A stretch of 64,000 nucleotides of DNA from Deltaproteobacteria bacterium (GTDB taxonomy: Bacteria; Desulfobacterota; GWC2-55-46; JADFVP01), in NCBI GenBank assembly GCA_029262515.1, contig JAJCZH010000005.1, positions 31,793 to 95,792 on the forward strand, read 5' to 3'. Made by a program: the position numbers and the translations under genes. Within the stretch, counting starts at the first letter, position 1; each line of letters starts with the position of its first letter. Shown here piece by piece: positions 55,866 through 64,000 of this stretch. The notes beneath the pieces are model-generated. The model did not search any database. It had not been told where the DNA came from and worked only from the letters and a program-made list of their open reading frames with translations.

Positions 55866-56327
55866 TTATTCGACTATCAGCGGGTAGTTTGGCGTGGGGT
55901 TAAGCGGGCAGCTGTATAGGTACTGACCGGGGGTAAGGTTTACGACATAGTCGATTGTTTTGCCGACAGTAAGCCCGCCTCCTGATGCCGATGGAAGAGT
56001 TAGCCGACCGACTCCCTTTCCCCTGATCCAGAATCCGAGCGGGTAGGGTACGTCTTTGTTGGTGACGCGGAAGATTGTTTTACCGGGTTTCAGTCTAAGT
56101 ACCTTGAACTCCCGTTCGCCTGCGGTCTCCCGGTTTATGCGCTTGCAATCTTCTGCCGTGTTAGATATGTACGTATTGGGCTTTACTTCAGCCTCTACAA
56201 TGGTACACGGCGTCTGCGATAGCTCCACAACCACGGCCTCTTCGGCATGCGGCTTAGAAGAGAGGGAAAGGAGTGATAAAGCGAGTATGGTTATGGTAAT
56301 AACGTACGGAACACTCTTCAAACCCAT
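55866..56327 (-). CDS. exported cupredoxin-fold protein
   Basis: Signal peptide, then LKPGKTIFRVTN.DVPY.LGFW and LTPGQYLYSCPLNPTP.Y. Confidence 0.75.
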   Translation of the reverse strand: MGLKSVPYVITITILALSLLSLSSKPHAEEAVVVELSQTPCTIVEAEVKPNTYISNTAEDCKRINRETAGEREFKVLRLKPGKTIFRVTNKDVPYPLGFWIRGKGVGRLTLPSASGGGLTVGKTIDYVVNLTPGQYLYSCPLNPTPNYPLIVE

Positions 56328-56498
56328 ATCAACCTCCTTGCGGTTAAAAATATATCTTGTATAAACGATAGCAGAGATTCGATATATGTCAATCGCCCCG
56401 GATGTCTCTGTTACTTGCGAAAAGATGAGGAACAGTTTTCAGAGGTAGTTCATTACCTTTTCTGTTTGGAGCGCCTATCTGGAGCGTTTACGAGGTAT

Positions 56499-56535
56499 AA
56501 AAAAAGCCCACCACTCTAACTGAGTGGTGGGCTTT
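56499..56535 (-). terminator. terminator after the PEP-CTERM gene
   Basis: aaagcccaccactc / gagtggtgggcttt with an A-run (U-tail on the minus strand). Confidence 0.85.
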
Positions 56536-56556
56536 GGGATCTGCTTTTAGCGGGTG

Positions 56557-57153
56557 TTAACTCTGGAGCTTTCTCCTAACGAAACCGAGGGCCCCTATTC
56601 CGAAGATACCACTGCCGAGAAGCAGAAGCGTTCCGGGCTCCGGTACCGGGGCAAGCCCGTCATTACCGTTGCTGTCGTTCAATACAAGCTCGTTCGTATT
56701 GAGTGTGTCGGCCAGGTTCCAAGTGATATTCACATTGAAGTAGTACGGTGAGGTCCAGTCGGCCGGTTGCTGTGGTGAGCCGGTAGTAACCTGGTTGGCG
56801 AAGGTCATAATGACGCTGTATGAGCTGTCAGCGGCATCCCCGGAGAGAGAATAGTCCCTTGTGCCGTCATTGAGTACAAAATCAATGACATCTCCGCCCT
56901 GAAAAACAGTCTGGCTCACACTGCCCAGACTGTTGAGTGTTGTGCCGCCGTTGAGGTAGTAACCGTAGGTATAACCAGTGGTGAATGCAACGTTGGAGAT
57001 AGTGACATCTACCCCGGAGTCGCCGTTTCCGTCAATTGCGATTATTCTGTTTCCACCGGTTGTAAGTGCCCGGGCCATTGTCGGCGCCATTAGCAGTGCG
57101 ATAAAGAGCAAGCAGCTTACCGCCAGTATCTGTCTCTTTCCAAATATATGCAT
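56557..57153 (-). CDS. PEP-CTERM sorting-domain surface protein (paralog of 12567-13163)
   Basis: Signal peptide and VPEPGTLLLLGSGIFGIGALGFVRRK. Confidence 0.92.
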   Translation of the reverse strand: MHIFGKRQILAVSCLLFIALLMAPTMARALTTGGNRIIAIDGNGDSGVDVTISNVAFTTGYTYGYYLNGGTTLNSLGSVSQTVFQGGDVIDFVLNDGTRDYSLSGDAADSSYSVIMTFANQVTTGSPQQPADWTSPYYFNVNITWNLADTLNTNELVLNDSNGNDGLAPVPEPGTLLLLGSGIFGIGALGFVRRKLQS

Positions 57154-57271
57154 TCCGTTACCTCTGTTATTAAACAACACTATTTTAAAGTATGCCGCCG
57201 TCTATTGATGTAGCGTATGTTCTTACACGTAGACATATACAACTCATATCTACCTACTGGTCAGTAAGTAG

Positions 57272-57380
57272 TTGCAAACAGCGTGCCAACACTTTCAAAA
57301 TTCTTAACATACTGATTTTATTAGTTTCTTCTTCAAACTCGTTGTTCGGTTTATCTCTGCAACTGTAAAGTTCTTTTACA
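57272..57380 (-). promoter_or_regulatory. sigma-54 promoter plus TGT-N11-ACA enhancer box
   Basis: TTGGCACGCTGTTTGCAA (57272-57289, near-perfect) and TGTAAAGTTCTTTTACA (57364-57380). Confidence 0.82.
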
Positions 57381-57652
57381 CTCCGGTTGTTACTTATTCC
57401 TATGACAAGAGTTTGGTTTGAAAAAACCAATATAAATTGGTTACTTAATGCTTCGAGGAAGTATTAAGTAATTTTACACGTGGTGAAAAACATAATAAGT
57501 ACAATACCGTAGAGGAGTTTTCTTGATAGTGTGGTCCAGTTTTTCGGTATATAGGCATACTCTTTTTCTCTTATTTTGATCTGTATTTTTAGGGTAGCGC
57601 TCTTTTGTGATATGTTATAAAAAAAGATGTTATGAACAGTAAAGGGAGTGAT

Positions 57653-58939
57653 ATGGAAAAGGGTGGAAAAGGCGGCCATTGGGAGGTCATAGAGTTACGG
57701 GGTCATATCATCGACTCGCTTACGCTCTCGAAGCTTTTTGACGAGATTATCTTACGAGGCGGAAACTACGTCTCCGAAGAGATCTCAATCGGTACGAGCA
57801 AACTCGATCCGAGTTATGCAAGGATAAGGGTTGAGGCTACTCAAAAGAGCCTGCTCGATAATATTCTGGTTCGTCTCTCTGAACTCGGCGCAGTACCGGT
57901 AGAGAGCCGTGAGGTTCAACTGGTTGAGTCTCCCGGGGATGGGGTCTTTCCTGAAGGTTTTTACTCAACAACAAACCTGGAGACCGAAGTACTCGTCGGA
58001 GGCGACTGGATCGGTGTTGAAGATATTGCAATGGATAGCGCAATAGCGGTCTATAAGTTGAACGAGTCCGATAGTGGCGGAGCAGGGAGGTACGAAGCCC
58101 GTGCAATAAAGATGAAGGATGTTAAGAAGGGAGAGAGATGTGTTGTCGGTTCCTCCGGTGTCAGGGTGAATATGCAAGAGAGGCGGGCCGTGAGCGGGAC
58201 CTTTGAGTTTATGTCGAGCGGCGTATCTTCTGAAAAACCGATGAGTACCCTGATAGGTGGAATAGCCGACGAGATTAAAGCCTTTAAAGAGAGCGCAAGA
58301 GCCACCGAAGCGCAAGAGCCTGCCAAGATACTCTTTGTCTGCGGGCCGGCAATAGTGCATACCGGCTCAAGAGATGCGCTCTGCTGCCTCATAGAGAAAG
58401 GTTATGTCGATATACTCTTTGCAGGTAATGCCCTTGCCACGCACGATATAGAGGTCTCGCTCTACGGTACCTCTTTAGGCGTATCTATGGCCGAGGGCGT
58501 AAATGTTTATGAGGGGCATAATCATCATTTGAGGGCTATTAATACCGTAAGAAGAGTTGGCGGCATTAAGGAGGCGATAGAGCAGGGGATAATAAAAGAC
58601 GGTATTATGTACTCTTGTATAAAGAACAATGTCGATTTTTTACTCGCCGGCTCCATACGTGACGACGGCCCGCTGCCGGAAGTGGTTACCGATGTGCTCG
58701 AAGCGCAGGACCTTATGCGAGAGAAACTCAAGGGCGTGAAGTTTGCGGTTATGATCTCAACCATGCTCCACTCAATCGCGGTCGGCAACCTGCTGCCCGC
58801 AAGCGTCAGGACAATCTGTGTAGATATAGACCAGTCGACAATTACAAAGCTCTCGGATCGCGGTACGCATCAGGTGACAGGGCTGGTGCTCGATGCAGGA
58901 ACATTTTTAAAAGAGCTCTGCGCCAGGTTATCACGATGA
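57653..58939 (+). CDS. TIGR00300 family protein (ArgZ/AgrE C-terminal, ornithine cyclodeaminase-type)
   Basis: Motifs LRGHIIDS, DGVFPEGFYSTTN, FEFMSSGVSSEKP, GPAIVHTG, GNALATHDIE, LAGSIRDDGPLP and TMLHSIAVGN. Confidence 0.9.
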   Translation: MEKGGKGGHWEVIELRGHIIDSLTLSKLFDEIILRGGNYVSEEISIGTSKLDPSYARIRVEATQKSLLDNILVRLSELGAVPVESREVQLVESPGDGVFPEGFYSTTNLETEVLVGGDWIGVEDIAMDSAIAVYKLNESDSGGAGRYEARAIKMKDVKKGERCVVGSSGVRVNMQERRAVSGTFEFMSSGVSSEKPMSTLIGGIADEIKAFKESARATEAQEPAKILFVCGPAIVHTGSRDALCCLIEKGYVDILFAGNALATHDIEVSLYGTSLGVSMAEGVNVYEGHNHHLRAINTVRRVGGIKEAIEQGIIKDGIMYSCIKNNVDFLLAGSIRDDGPLPEVVTDVLEAQDLMREKLKGVKFAVMISTMLHSIAVGNLLPASVRTICVDIDQSTITKLSDRGTHQVTGLVLDAGTFLKELCARLSR

Positions 58940-59745
58940 GAGTTCTGATGTGTCGCCCCGATTACTACACTGTAGATTATGAAATCAACCCCTGGATGCA
59001 TGTAAGGGAGAAACCTGACCAGGCTCTCGCTACTGTACAGTGGCAGGCGCTCCACGATACCTTTACCGGACTCGGCATCGACGTTGAACTGATTGAGCCT
59101 GTAAAGGGCCTGCCGGACATGGTCTTTACCGCAAACGGCGGACTTGTAAGCGGCAATAGATTTATCTTGAGCCTGTTTCGCCATGAAGAGCGGCAGGGTG
59201 AGGCCGCGTACTTTGAGGCGTGGGCGAACAGATCCGGTTTCGAGACCGTAAGACTTTCAGGGGACTTTTTTTTCGAGGGCGAGGGCGATGTTTTAAGACT
59301 TCCTTTTGTTACTTCTTCCGTGGGCGAAACTCTTGTAGCCGGTTACCGTTATCGCTCGGAGATTCGGTCGCACAACCAGATAAGCGAACTGCTAGGCGTG
59401 CGGGTTGTCTCAATAGAACTAGCCTCAGAGCATTTTTATCACCTTGATACCTGCTTCTGTCCACTGAACGAAAAGGCCGCTCTTTACTACCCCGGAGCGT
59501 TTGACGACTATGGCAAGAAAGTTCTGTCGAATATATTCGAGAGTTTGATAGCGATTGGCGAGCAGGACGCAAAGTCTTTCTGCGCAAATGCCGTTGTGCG
59601 GGGAAAGGACGTAGTTATGAACCCGTGCAGCGCGGCTTTGAAGGAGCAACTTAAGGCTCTCGGTTTTAATACCCACGAAGTAGAGTTGAGCGAATTTATA
59701 AAGGCCGGCGGCAGCGCCAAGTGCCTGGTGCTGAAGCTCGACTGA
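58936..59745 (+). CDS. guanidino-modifying (pentein) hydrolase; arginine dihydrolase-like, matching the ArgZ/AgrE N-terminal domain
   Basis: Motifs MCRPDYYTVDYEINPWM, LPDMVFTANGG, FEGEGD, FYHLDTCFCPL and EFIKAGGSAKCL. ATGA overlap with the upstream gene. Confidence 0.87.
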   Translation: MRVLMCRPDYYTVDYEINPWMHVREKPDQALATVQWQALHDTFTGLGIDVELIEPVKGLPDMVFTANGGLVSGNRFILSLFRHEERQGEAAYFEAWANRSGFETVRLSGDFFFEGEGDVLRLPFVTSSVGETLVAGYRYRSEIRSHNQISELLGVRVVSIELASEHFYHLDTCFCPLNEKAALYYPGAFDDYGKKVLSNIFESLIAIGEQDAKSFCANAVVRGKDVVMNPCSAALKEQLKALGFNTHEVELSEFIKAGGSAKCLVLKLD

Positions 59746-59803
59746 TCTGTTTAGGTGATAGACCGCCTGGTTCATTCTTTAAAACGTTCGTTCTTTAAAA
59801 TAT

Positions 59804-62800
59804 TTACACCTCGGGCGCAAAACCTCTGCGCAGAGTGTTCTCGGTAATTGTGCGCTGGAAGAGGAAGTTTTTCAGATACTCTGTTCCTCCGGCTTTGGAG
59901 CCGAGCCCCGACATCTTGAAACCTCCGAAAGGCTGGCGCTCCACCAGCGCTCCGGTTATCTTGCGGTTTATATAGATGTTGCCGACGAGCAGCCGCTCTC
60001 TTACCTTCTGTATGCTGCCGGGGCTCCTTGAGTAGATGCCACCGGTTAAGGCAAAACGAGTTGAGTCGCTTATGTCGATAGCTTCGTCTATGTTCGTTGC
60101 ATCTATAATCGAGAGCACAGGTCCGAATATCTCTTCCTGCGCGATCCTCGCTTCTGGCGAGACATCCGTAAAGATCGCCGGGCCGATGAAGAATCCGTTT
60201 GATGGAAGAGTCTCATACCTGTAATGGAGTGTTGCCTCTTTCTCTCCGATCTCTATATACTTCTCAATCTTTTCAAGAGCCGCACGGTCGATAACAGGGC
60301 CCAGTATGTTGGAACTCTCTTTAGGGTGTCCCATCGTGAGGTTTGCTACGGCATCGGTCAGGCGTGAAACAAAGGTCTCTTTAAGACCGCCTGCTCCACC
60401 TGCCTTGTCTACAATGATAACCCTGGAACAGGCCGAGCACTTTTGCCCCTGGAAGCCGGTAAATGAGCCGACAACCCCCTTGACCGCTTCATCAAGGTCG
60501 GCGCTGGAGTCTATTATGATCGCGTTCTTTCCGCCCATCTCGGCAACCACCTTCTTTATATTAACCTGGCCGGGCGTTGTTGAGCCTGCCGCTTTTACGA
60601 TTCCGAGTCCTACGTCCATTGAGCCGGTAAATGCCACGGCGTCTACGCCTGCATTGCTGACAAGTCCGGCCCCGACGACAGAACCTGACCCTGGCAGAAA
60701 TTGAAGGATACCGTCCGGCAGGCCTGTTTCACGAAAGGCCTTTACAATGTAATAAGCCGTAAGTGGCGAGAGGCTCGACGGTTTGAGTATAACGGTATTG
60801 CCTGTTACGAGTGCGGCTGAGGTCATGCCCATTGCAATGGCAAGCGGAAAGTTCCACGGTGAAATTACCGCTACTACCCCGCGGGCGATATACTCTATCC
60901 GGTTAAGTTCTCCTGGAAGGGTGCCGAGCCGCTTGGGCTCGGCCAGATCTATTATCTTCGAAGCGTAGAATCTGAGAAAGTCGATCGCTTCTGCAACGTC
61001 GGCATCGGCCTCGCTCCACGATTTTCCTACTTCGAAGACTTGAGTGGCAGCTACCTCGGTGCGTCTTTCTTCTATCCACTCTGCGGCCTTTAAGAGGTAC
61101 CCGGCTCTGCTACCGGCATCTTCCTGTGACCATTCCTTGAAACTCTTTCGGGAGTTACAGACCGCTCTGTCTACGTCGCCCGAGGTGGCCGATGAGACTA
61201 CTGCCACTATCCTTTCAGGCTCTGAAGGGTCGGTTGAAACAAATGTTTCGTTTGTAAAGAGTTCGTCTCCACCTAAAATAAGCGGAATTTTCACGGGAGT
61301 CGATACTTCCTTTTTTACTTTCTTTAGACCATCTTCAAAGTCCAGGACATTTGCTTTACTGGAGAAATCTATCAGGGGCGTATTTTTAAATTCTTCCATT
61401 CTGTCCGCCTCTCTTCCTTCGGTATTTGCACTCTGTTTCTGGTCTATTCCGTGGTCCGTTTCTTTCGGCTCGGCTGGAGGTTTTGCCGGAGTCCCGGTCG
61501 GTTCGGCCATCAGTTCGTCGAAGTTGAGTCTGTCGATAAAGGATAACTTTAAAAAAGATTCGTTGGAGGTGTTCTCTAAAAGCCTTCTTACCAGGTAGGC
61601 CATACCGGGAAGGAACTCTCCGACCGGCACATAGTCGCGCACCCGGTACCCTCTGGTGGCTACTACCCGTTTGATCGGTTCTGCCATGCCATACAGGGTC
61701 TGGAACTCAAAAGTCTTTTTCTCAAGCCTCAACTCTTCTGCTACGGCCATTGCATTGGCTATACTGCGTATATTGTGGCTGGCTATGGCGGGCCGTATAA
61801 TGTCGCTGTTCTCTAGCAGAAGCCTCGTGAGCCGCTCGAAGTTGGCATCGGTCTGCGCTTTATCAAGGAAGACCGGAACCGGCCATCCCTCAAGAGTGTT
61901 CGTAATCCGTTCATAGTCCAAATAGGCCCCCTTGACGAGCCTTACGCCTATACGCCTCTTTGACTTCCGGGCCCACTCTATCAGTTCTCTTAAATCCTCT
62001 TCGCTCTCTTTGAGGTAGGCCTGTACAGCTATAGCCGGAAAGCGGATATCCGGAGACTCGTTCAGCAGACTCTTGAAAATTTCAAAGGTCAGGTCCTTCA
62101 GGTGATACTGCTCCATGTCGAAAGTGACCGAGAGTGAAGCGTTGTTGGCACCTCTGATTATCTTTTGAAGCGGTACTTTTATCATCTCTATCGAGTTCGC
62201 GCGGTTAACGGGGTCGAGGCGCGAAAAGAATGAAGAGACCTTGAACGAAATATCGCCACTTGGAATGTGCCCTTCATGATTGAAGTCGAGAAGCTCGGAG
62301 GGCTCAAGTCCCTCTACAAAATTTTTAAGAGTGTCGATAAGTTCAAGGTATCGATTTTCAAACTCCTTGGCCTCTTTCTCGCTCAATACTGCCTCGCCGA
62401 GCAAGTCTATGCTGAAGGCCCTTCCTTCGTTTCTGATTCTGGTAATCTCTTTTAACGCCTTGGCCGGGTTTTTTCCGGCGATAAACTGCTTTGCCAGTGA
62501 GGTTACGTTGGCCTTGATCAGTTTTCCTGCGATATAGGCGCTTACCCCGCTATGCGGTATCCACCTTTTAAGCGCTTTAGGCAGAAGTGGGCTCTCGGAG
62601 TAGAAGTACTCTGAAAAGAGTTCTAGCAGCTCATGTTCGGTTTTGAGAGAGGGTATGGCATCGACGAAACGGAAGAGCTGGACCTTGAAGGTCTCATCTT
62701 GCATGGCCCAATCCATAATTCGCCCTTTCCAACGGGTGCTGTCAAAGAAACCTGGTACCTGACCTTCGAGGCCCTCAAAGAGTTCTTTGGCTATATCAAG

Positions 62801-62821
62801 CGTTCGAGCTCTGGTAGTCAT
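59804..62821 (-). CDS. putA: bifunctional proline dehydrogenase / P5C dehydrogenase (short PutA without RHH domain)
   Basis: PRODH motifs DLLGE, VRLVKGAY and YLVRRLLEN. ALDH motifs ISPWNFP, FTGS, EMGGKN, QGQKCSAC and EEIFGP. Confidence 0.96.
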   Translation of the reverse strand: MTTRARTLDIAKELFEGLEGQVPGFFDSTRWKGRIMDWAMQDETFKVQLFRFVDAIPSLKTEHELLELFSEYFYSESPLLPKALKRWIPHSGVSAYIAGKLIKANVTSLAKQFIAGKNPAKALKEITRIRNEGRAFSIDLLGEAVLSEKEAKEFENRYLELIDTLKNFVEGLEPSELLDFNHEGHIPSGDISFKVSSFFSRLDPVNRANSIEMIKVPLQKIIRGANNASLSVTFDMEQYHLKDLTFEIFKSLLNESPDIRFPAIAVQAYLKESEEDLRELIEWARKSKRRIGVRLVKGAYLDYERITNTLEGWPVPVFLDKAQTDANFERLTRLLLENSDIIRPAIASHNIRSIANAMAVAEELRLEKKTFEFQTLYGMAEPIKRVVATRGYRVRDYVPVGEFLPGMAYLVRRLLENTSNESFLKLSFIDRLNFDELMAEPTGTPAKPPAEPKETDHGIDQKQSANTEGREADRMEEFKNTPLIDFSSKANVLDFEDGLKKVKKEVSTPVKIPLILGGDELFTNETFVSTDPSEPERIVAVVSSATSGDVDRAVCNSRKSFKEWSQEDAGSRAGYLLKAAEWIEERRTEVAATQVFEVGKSWSEADADVAEAIDFLRFYASKIIDLAEPKRLGTLPGELNRIEYIARGVVAVISPWNFPLAIAMGMTSAALVTGNTVILKPSSLSPLTAYYIVKAFRETGLPDGILQFLPGSGSVVGAGLVSNAGVDAVAFTGSMDVGLGIVKAAGSTTPGQVNIKKVVAEMGGKNAIIIDSSADLDEAVKGVVGSFTGFQGQKCSACSRVIIVDKAGGAGGLKETFVSRLTDAVANLTMGHPKESSNILGPVIDRAALEKIEKYIEIGEKEATLHYRYETLPSNGFFIGPAIFTDVSPEARIAQEEIFGPVLSIIDATNIDEAIDISDSTRFALTGGIYSRSPGSIQKVRERLLVGNIYINRKITGALVERQPFGGFKMSGLGSKAGGTEYLKNFLFQRTITENTLRRGFAPEV

Positions 62822-63177
62822 GGGCTTAATCGCTTTCTGAGCAAAACCGGCAGGTGAAGTCCGGCCTGTTTAGGTGTAAGGTTAGCTCCGATGCGGCTCT
62901 GTGGTAATAATAGCAGGAAAAGCGTAAGCAGTCAGGTTGTTTGTAAGGTTGAGCAGAGTAAGTAGATGGTATTTTATTTTTTCCCCGACTTGACGATATA
63001 ATATACTACGTAGGAAGGGAAAAAGTGATGGTATTATTTATTGTATTAAAGTATTAAAAGCCGGGTATTAAGACATAAAGAACTGGCTATGTAAACCTCG
63101 ATTTATTATTATGATTTTTATTGATTCTTGCCAATAGGCTTAAAAGAAACGACTCATATAAGTATAAAAAGATTACA

Positions 63178-64000
63178 ATGCAAGTAAAGAACATAGCGCT
63201 ACTGATAGGAACGCGACCCGAGGCTATTAAGCTGATGCCGGTTATGCGTGCTCTAAAGCAGGCCGGCCTTAAGGTTGATATCTTCGTGACCGGACAGCAT
63301 CGTGAACTTCTGGAGCCGATTCTTACGGAACTCGATATAGAGGTGACCGAGAACCTGAACTTGATGCAGGCAGACCAGACCTTGACAGACCTTTCAGCCG
63401 GAGTCTTAAAAGGCATGAAGGAGATTCTACAGCGTCATGAAACAGACCTTCTTATGGTACAGGGTGATACCACCTCGGCGGCGATGGCCGCTTTGGCCTG
63501 TTTTTATGAGAATATAAGAGTTGCACACGTAGAGGCAGGCTTGCGGACTTACTCCCGGCGAAATCCTTTTCCGGAGGAGATGAACCGTAAACTGATAGGA
63601 TGCCTTGCGGACATCCATTTTCCACCGACTGTACCGGCTCTGGAGAATCTCTTGAAAGAGAGTGTCGATGCCGAGAGTATCCATATGGTAGGCAATACGG
63701 TTATAGATACGCTCTTCTACGCACGCGACCATCTGGTAAAGAAGCTGGGGCCAAATCCCGATATCGATAGAGCGATTAAGCAGGGGCGTAAGATAGTGCT
63801 GGTGACGGGCCATCGCAGGGAGAGCTTCGGAGACGACCTGGCTTCGATATGCGAAGGGCTTCGTGAAATCGCGGAGGCCTTTGCCGACACCGTTGAGATT
63901 GTATACCCGGTGCACTTAAACCCAAATGTCCAGTCGGGGGTTAGACCGGCTCTCTCATCCGTACCCAATATCAGGCTTATTGAACCGCTCTCCTACTTGA
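63178..64000 (+). CDS. wecB: UDP-N-acetylglucosamine 2-epimerase (non-hydrolysing); runs off the window
   Basis: Motifs IGTRPEAIKL, TGQHRE, VQGDTT, HVEAGLRT, PFPEEMNR, GNTVID, LVTGHRRE and YPVHLNP. Confidence 0.96.
   Translation, partial: MQVKNIALLIGTRPEAIKLMPVMRALKQAGLKVDIFVTGQHRELLEPILTELDIEVTENLNLMQADQTLTDLSAGVLKGMKEILQRHETDLLMVQGDTTSAAMAALACFYENIRVAHVEAGLRTYSRRNPFPEEMNRKLIGCLADIHFPPTVPALENLLKESVDAESIHMVGNTVIDTLFYARDHLVKKLGPNPDIDRAIKQGRKIVLVTGHRRESFGDDLASICEGLREIAEAFADTVEIVYPVHLNPNVQSGVRPALSSVPNIRLIEPLSYL

Overview
This 64-kb window is bacterial chromosome, roughly 50% GC by eye. Its gene content (PEP-CTERM proteins, sigma-54 and sigma-28 promoters, c-di-GMP enzymes, short PutA, hemerythrin) suggests a diderm of Desulfobacterota/Deltaproteobacteria type; this is inference, not a phylogenetic result. 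Housekeeping genes (metK, ahcY, prmC, csp, ygiQ, putA, wecB) are interleaved with accessory loci. Main observations: (1) a Crp/Fnr-controlled cluster with a class II-geometry operator, encoding a DsrE-like protein, a secreted SoxA/TsdA-like monoheme cytochrome c flanked by 6+6 Asn-Pro-Cys repeats, a Cys-containing PiT transporter and an ArsM-like methyltransferase; (2) an array of integron cassettes with attC sites and no integrase in the window, including a decayed Swt1-type HEPN gene; (3) a split, order-reversed ArgZ/AgrE pair convergent with putA; (4) three PEP-CTERM loci sharing sigma-54 promoters and TGT-N11-ACA boxes; (5) a sigma-28-like promoter set in front of signalling genes and a candidate sRNA; (6) several small ORFs and pseudogene fragments missed by the ORF track. 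No rRNA, tRNA, CRISPR array, transposase or integrase was seen. All calls come from reading motifs by eye; no searches were run.
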